Assembly (NCBI RefSeq): GCF_009914755.1
Contig: NC_060947.1
DNA length: 64,000 bases
Strand: one strand, 5' to 3'
DNA from: the human T2T-CHM13v2.0 reference genome, Homo sapiens
Shown here piece by piece: positions 61,808-64,000 of the stretch. The position numbers and the translations under genes were made by a program. The notes under the pieces are model-generated. The model was not told the DNA's origin and did no database searches. It saw only the letters and a program-made list of their open reading frames with translations. Positions within the stretch are counted from its first letter, which is position 1. Each line of letters starts with the position of its first letter.

Positions 61808-64000
61808 ATCTGGTAGCAGTGTTGACAATGTGATTTTCAAACCATTCAATTTCAATATTTCCCTTTACTAGCTCTACTTATATTGTGCCTATGTGTGAAC
61901 ATAGAAGAGAGAGAGTAAGAGGAAATGGATGAAAGAGGGGAAGGTAGGGGGACAGATAAGAGAAAAAAGGGAAAAGAGAGGCTAGAGGAGAAAGAAAAAT
62001 AAAGAGCAGTTTATTTAATTTAAACAAGAGGACCTCAGTATGACAGAAAAAAACAATTAGACATTTCCATGTAACTCGGGATTCTGTCAAGGCTATCTGT
62101 TGTGGTGAGGTCTAATTGGTAGATATGTCTGGCTCCCAGGCCCACCCTGACAGGATTGGTATGAGAAGAGATATCTGGGAGTATCCACCATTCTCTGAAT
62201 ATTGGTTGGCTAGCCAGTCCCTTTCAGCAAGTTGATGGCAGTCTCCAGTACTGCAATTCACTGAATCAACCATTCCCATTGTGAGACAGAGCCACCCACC
62301 AAACACTAATTTGACTCCAAAGTCTTTTTTTTATTGTCGAGCAAAAGAATGTGACAAAATGACTGAAAACCAGGCATGGTCAAGATTCCCATAGATGAGC
62401 TGGAATGGGAATCAGAATGTAGCTCTTCATTTTTATAGGTAAATAATGAGATCTCATTGGTAAGGTTCTAACAGAACTCTTTATCAGTGATGCAACCACC
62501 AATGGCATTGATAAAGGTTATTGGATTATAGAGAAGTAAATAAATGTATTGAAGAAAATGAGACTACCAGCACAGGATGTGAGTAAGAGTTCAAATTAAT
62601 GCTGGCAGAATGGAACTAATAGAAGAAACCTGTGCAACAATCCACTTCTCTAACAGAGTTCTAACATTCTTTTATATGAGAACATTTGGATGCATAATTT
62701 TCCTGTCAAGTTAGGTCTTCAAAATTTGAAACCAAGATTTTCCTGGCATGTGAATACAGTTTTCTTCTTTCTTTGTGACAAGATATATTTGACAGGTGAA
62801 CTAACTCCATAAGACATTTTATATTGACATTTCTTTTTAGTTTTTTTGTCTCCGTACTAACAATAACATACACATTAGGGAGCCACAAGTCTTTGTGGCC
62901 TCAGCCCCATTATTTAAAGTATGATCCATGTAATTTTTTTCTGGCTCTATACGTTAGGGAAAAGGAAACAAACTGGCTTTTTAAATGTAGTTGTTAGTTT
63001 GGGGACATGCCTTAAATATATTAATTATGTTTCTTAGTGTTTCAAAACACTTAATCCATGAGCTCTGTAGTCCAGTCACCCAAAAGAAACATTAGGTTAG
63101 ATTATTTCTATGCGAATCACACAAGTTTGTTGAATTTATTTCCTTTGATCTGATATTCTCAAAGTCTATTTCACTTAGAAGTCTCCATAGTGAAGATTTC
63201 TTTTAATCACATATGACCATGAGAACCCAGGTTCTTTTTATCTCTGGAAATCTCTTGCAAATGTGCATTTTATAAGGCTGTGTCTATAGAACACTGTCAG
63301 AAAAAGGGCTGTTGGGACCGAACGGAGATCCTTTCATATCCATATACTCAATTGTACTTGCTCAAACAAGTTGTACTAAATGACAAATGTTAACGAGTTG
63401 ACCTTAACTTCCTCCCCGCCATGCCCAACACATGCTACATCTTTAAAATTCTAAGTGGTAAATTGAGAATGAGATTTGAGATATGGGATCATTGATTTTC
63501 TTGTACACAAAATGATCAAGCCTCAGAAATAATAATTCATCACCACAATGCATGTAGGTGTTACACAAATGAAGGTTTTTTAAAAATAGGAATTAAGAGA
63601 GGAAATGCCTATTATAGATCACTGATAAAGAAACACACTTTATGATTTGATTTGAGAACATCAGTTTATTTAAATTCAAGCCTGTTGACTCCCTTAAACA
63701 TATTTGTATAATTCCTATAAATTTAAAGGTTTAAGACTGCCAGCTGAAAAAAAAAAAAAAAACTAATACTGCTGTCTTTGAAATCATCAAGAGAAACCTT
63801 GCCTCCATTCAGGAATGTAAAATAGCTTTGAAATTGATGTGTTTGGTCATTAAGCACAAACACTTGACACATTCCTTTGATTTCATAGATTGTAAATCCC
63901 TGCAGTACTGCAAGAAGCCATTTATGAAATTGAGCTATTGATTGTTCTAATCTATACAGTAATTACTAGTGGCAGCCTATTGAATAGGTGCTACCTCTAC

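Noticed and set aside
62112-62306. FGGWLC...ERDW as a GPCR TM3-like motif
   Set aside because: Too short and hydrophilic, no flanking transmembrane segments; likely chance

Overview
AT-rich, L1-dense, Alu-poor primate (probably ape) genomic DNA with no intact cellular protein-coding gene that I can support. It is mostly layered retroelement debris: two young minus-strand L1s of L1PA3/PA2 type (one full length with TSD), older L1PA7/8 and L1M copies, MER4A ERV1 remains, MSTA and THE1 MaLR proviruses (one nested), three Alus, MIRs and DNA-transposon fossils (Tigger1, Tigger3, MER63, MER5, MADE1). The most interesting signal is a set of retrotransposition products with an inverted 5' segment. 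Two are TSD-flanked chimeras of two different RNAs joined head-to-head: an antisense L1 5'UTR fused to a SET retrocopy (18710-21124), and an antisense 5S rRNA 5' end fused to an mRNA 3'UTR retrocopy (57395-58423). Both have the geometry of twin priming in trans. Two more are cis-inverted L1s, one carrying a 3' transduction and one carrying an inverted copy of nearby DNA. Repeat family and subfamily names come from my recall of consensus sequences, not from a database search, and boundaries of old repeats are approximate.
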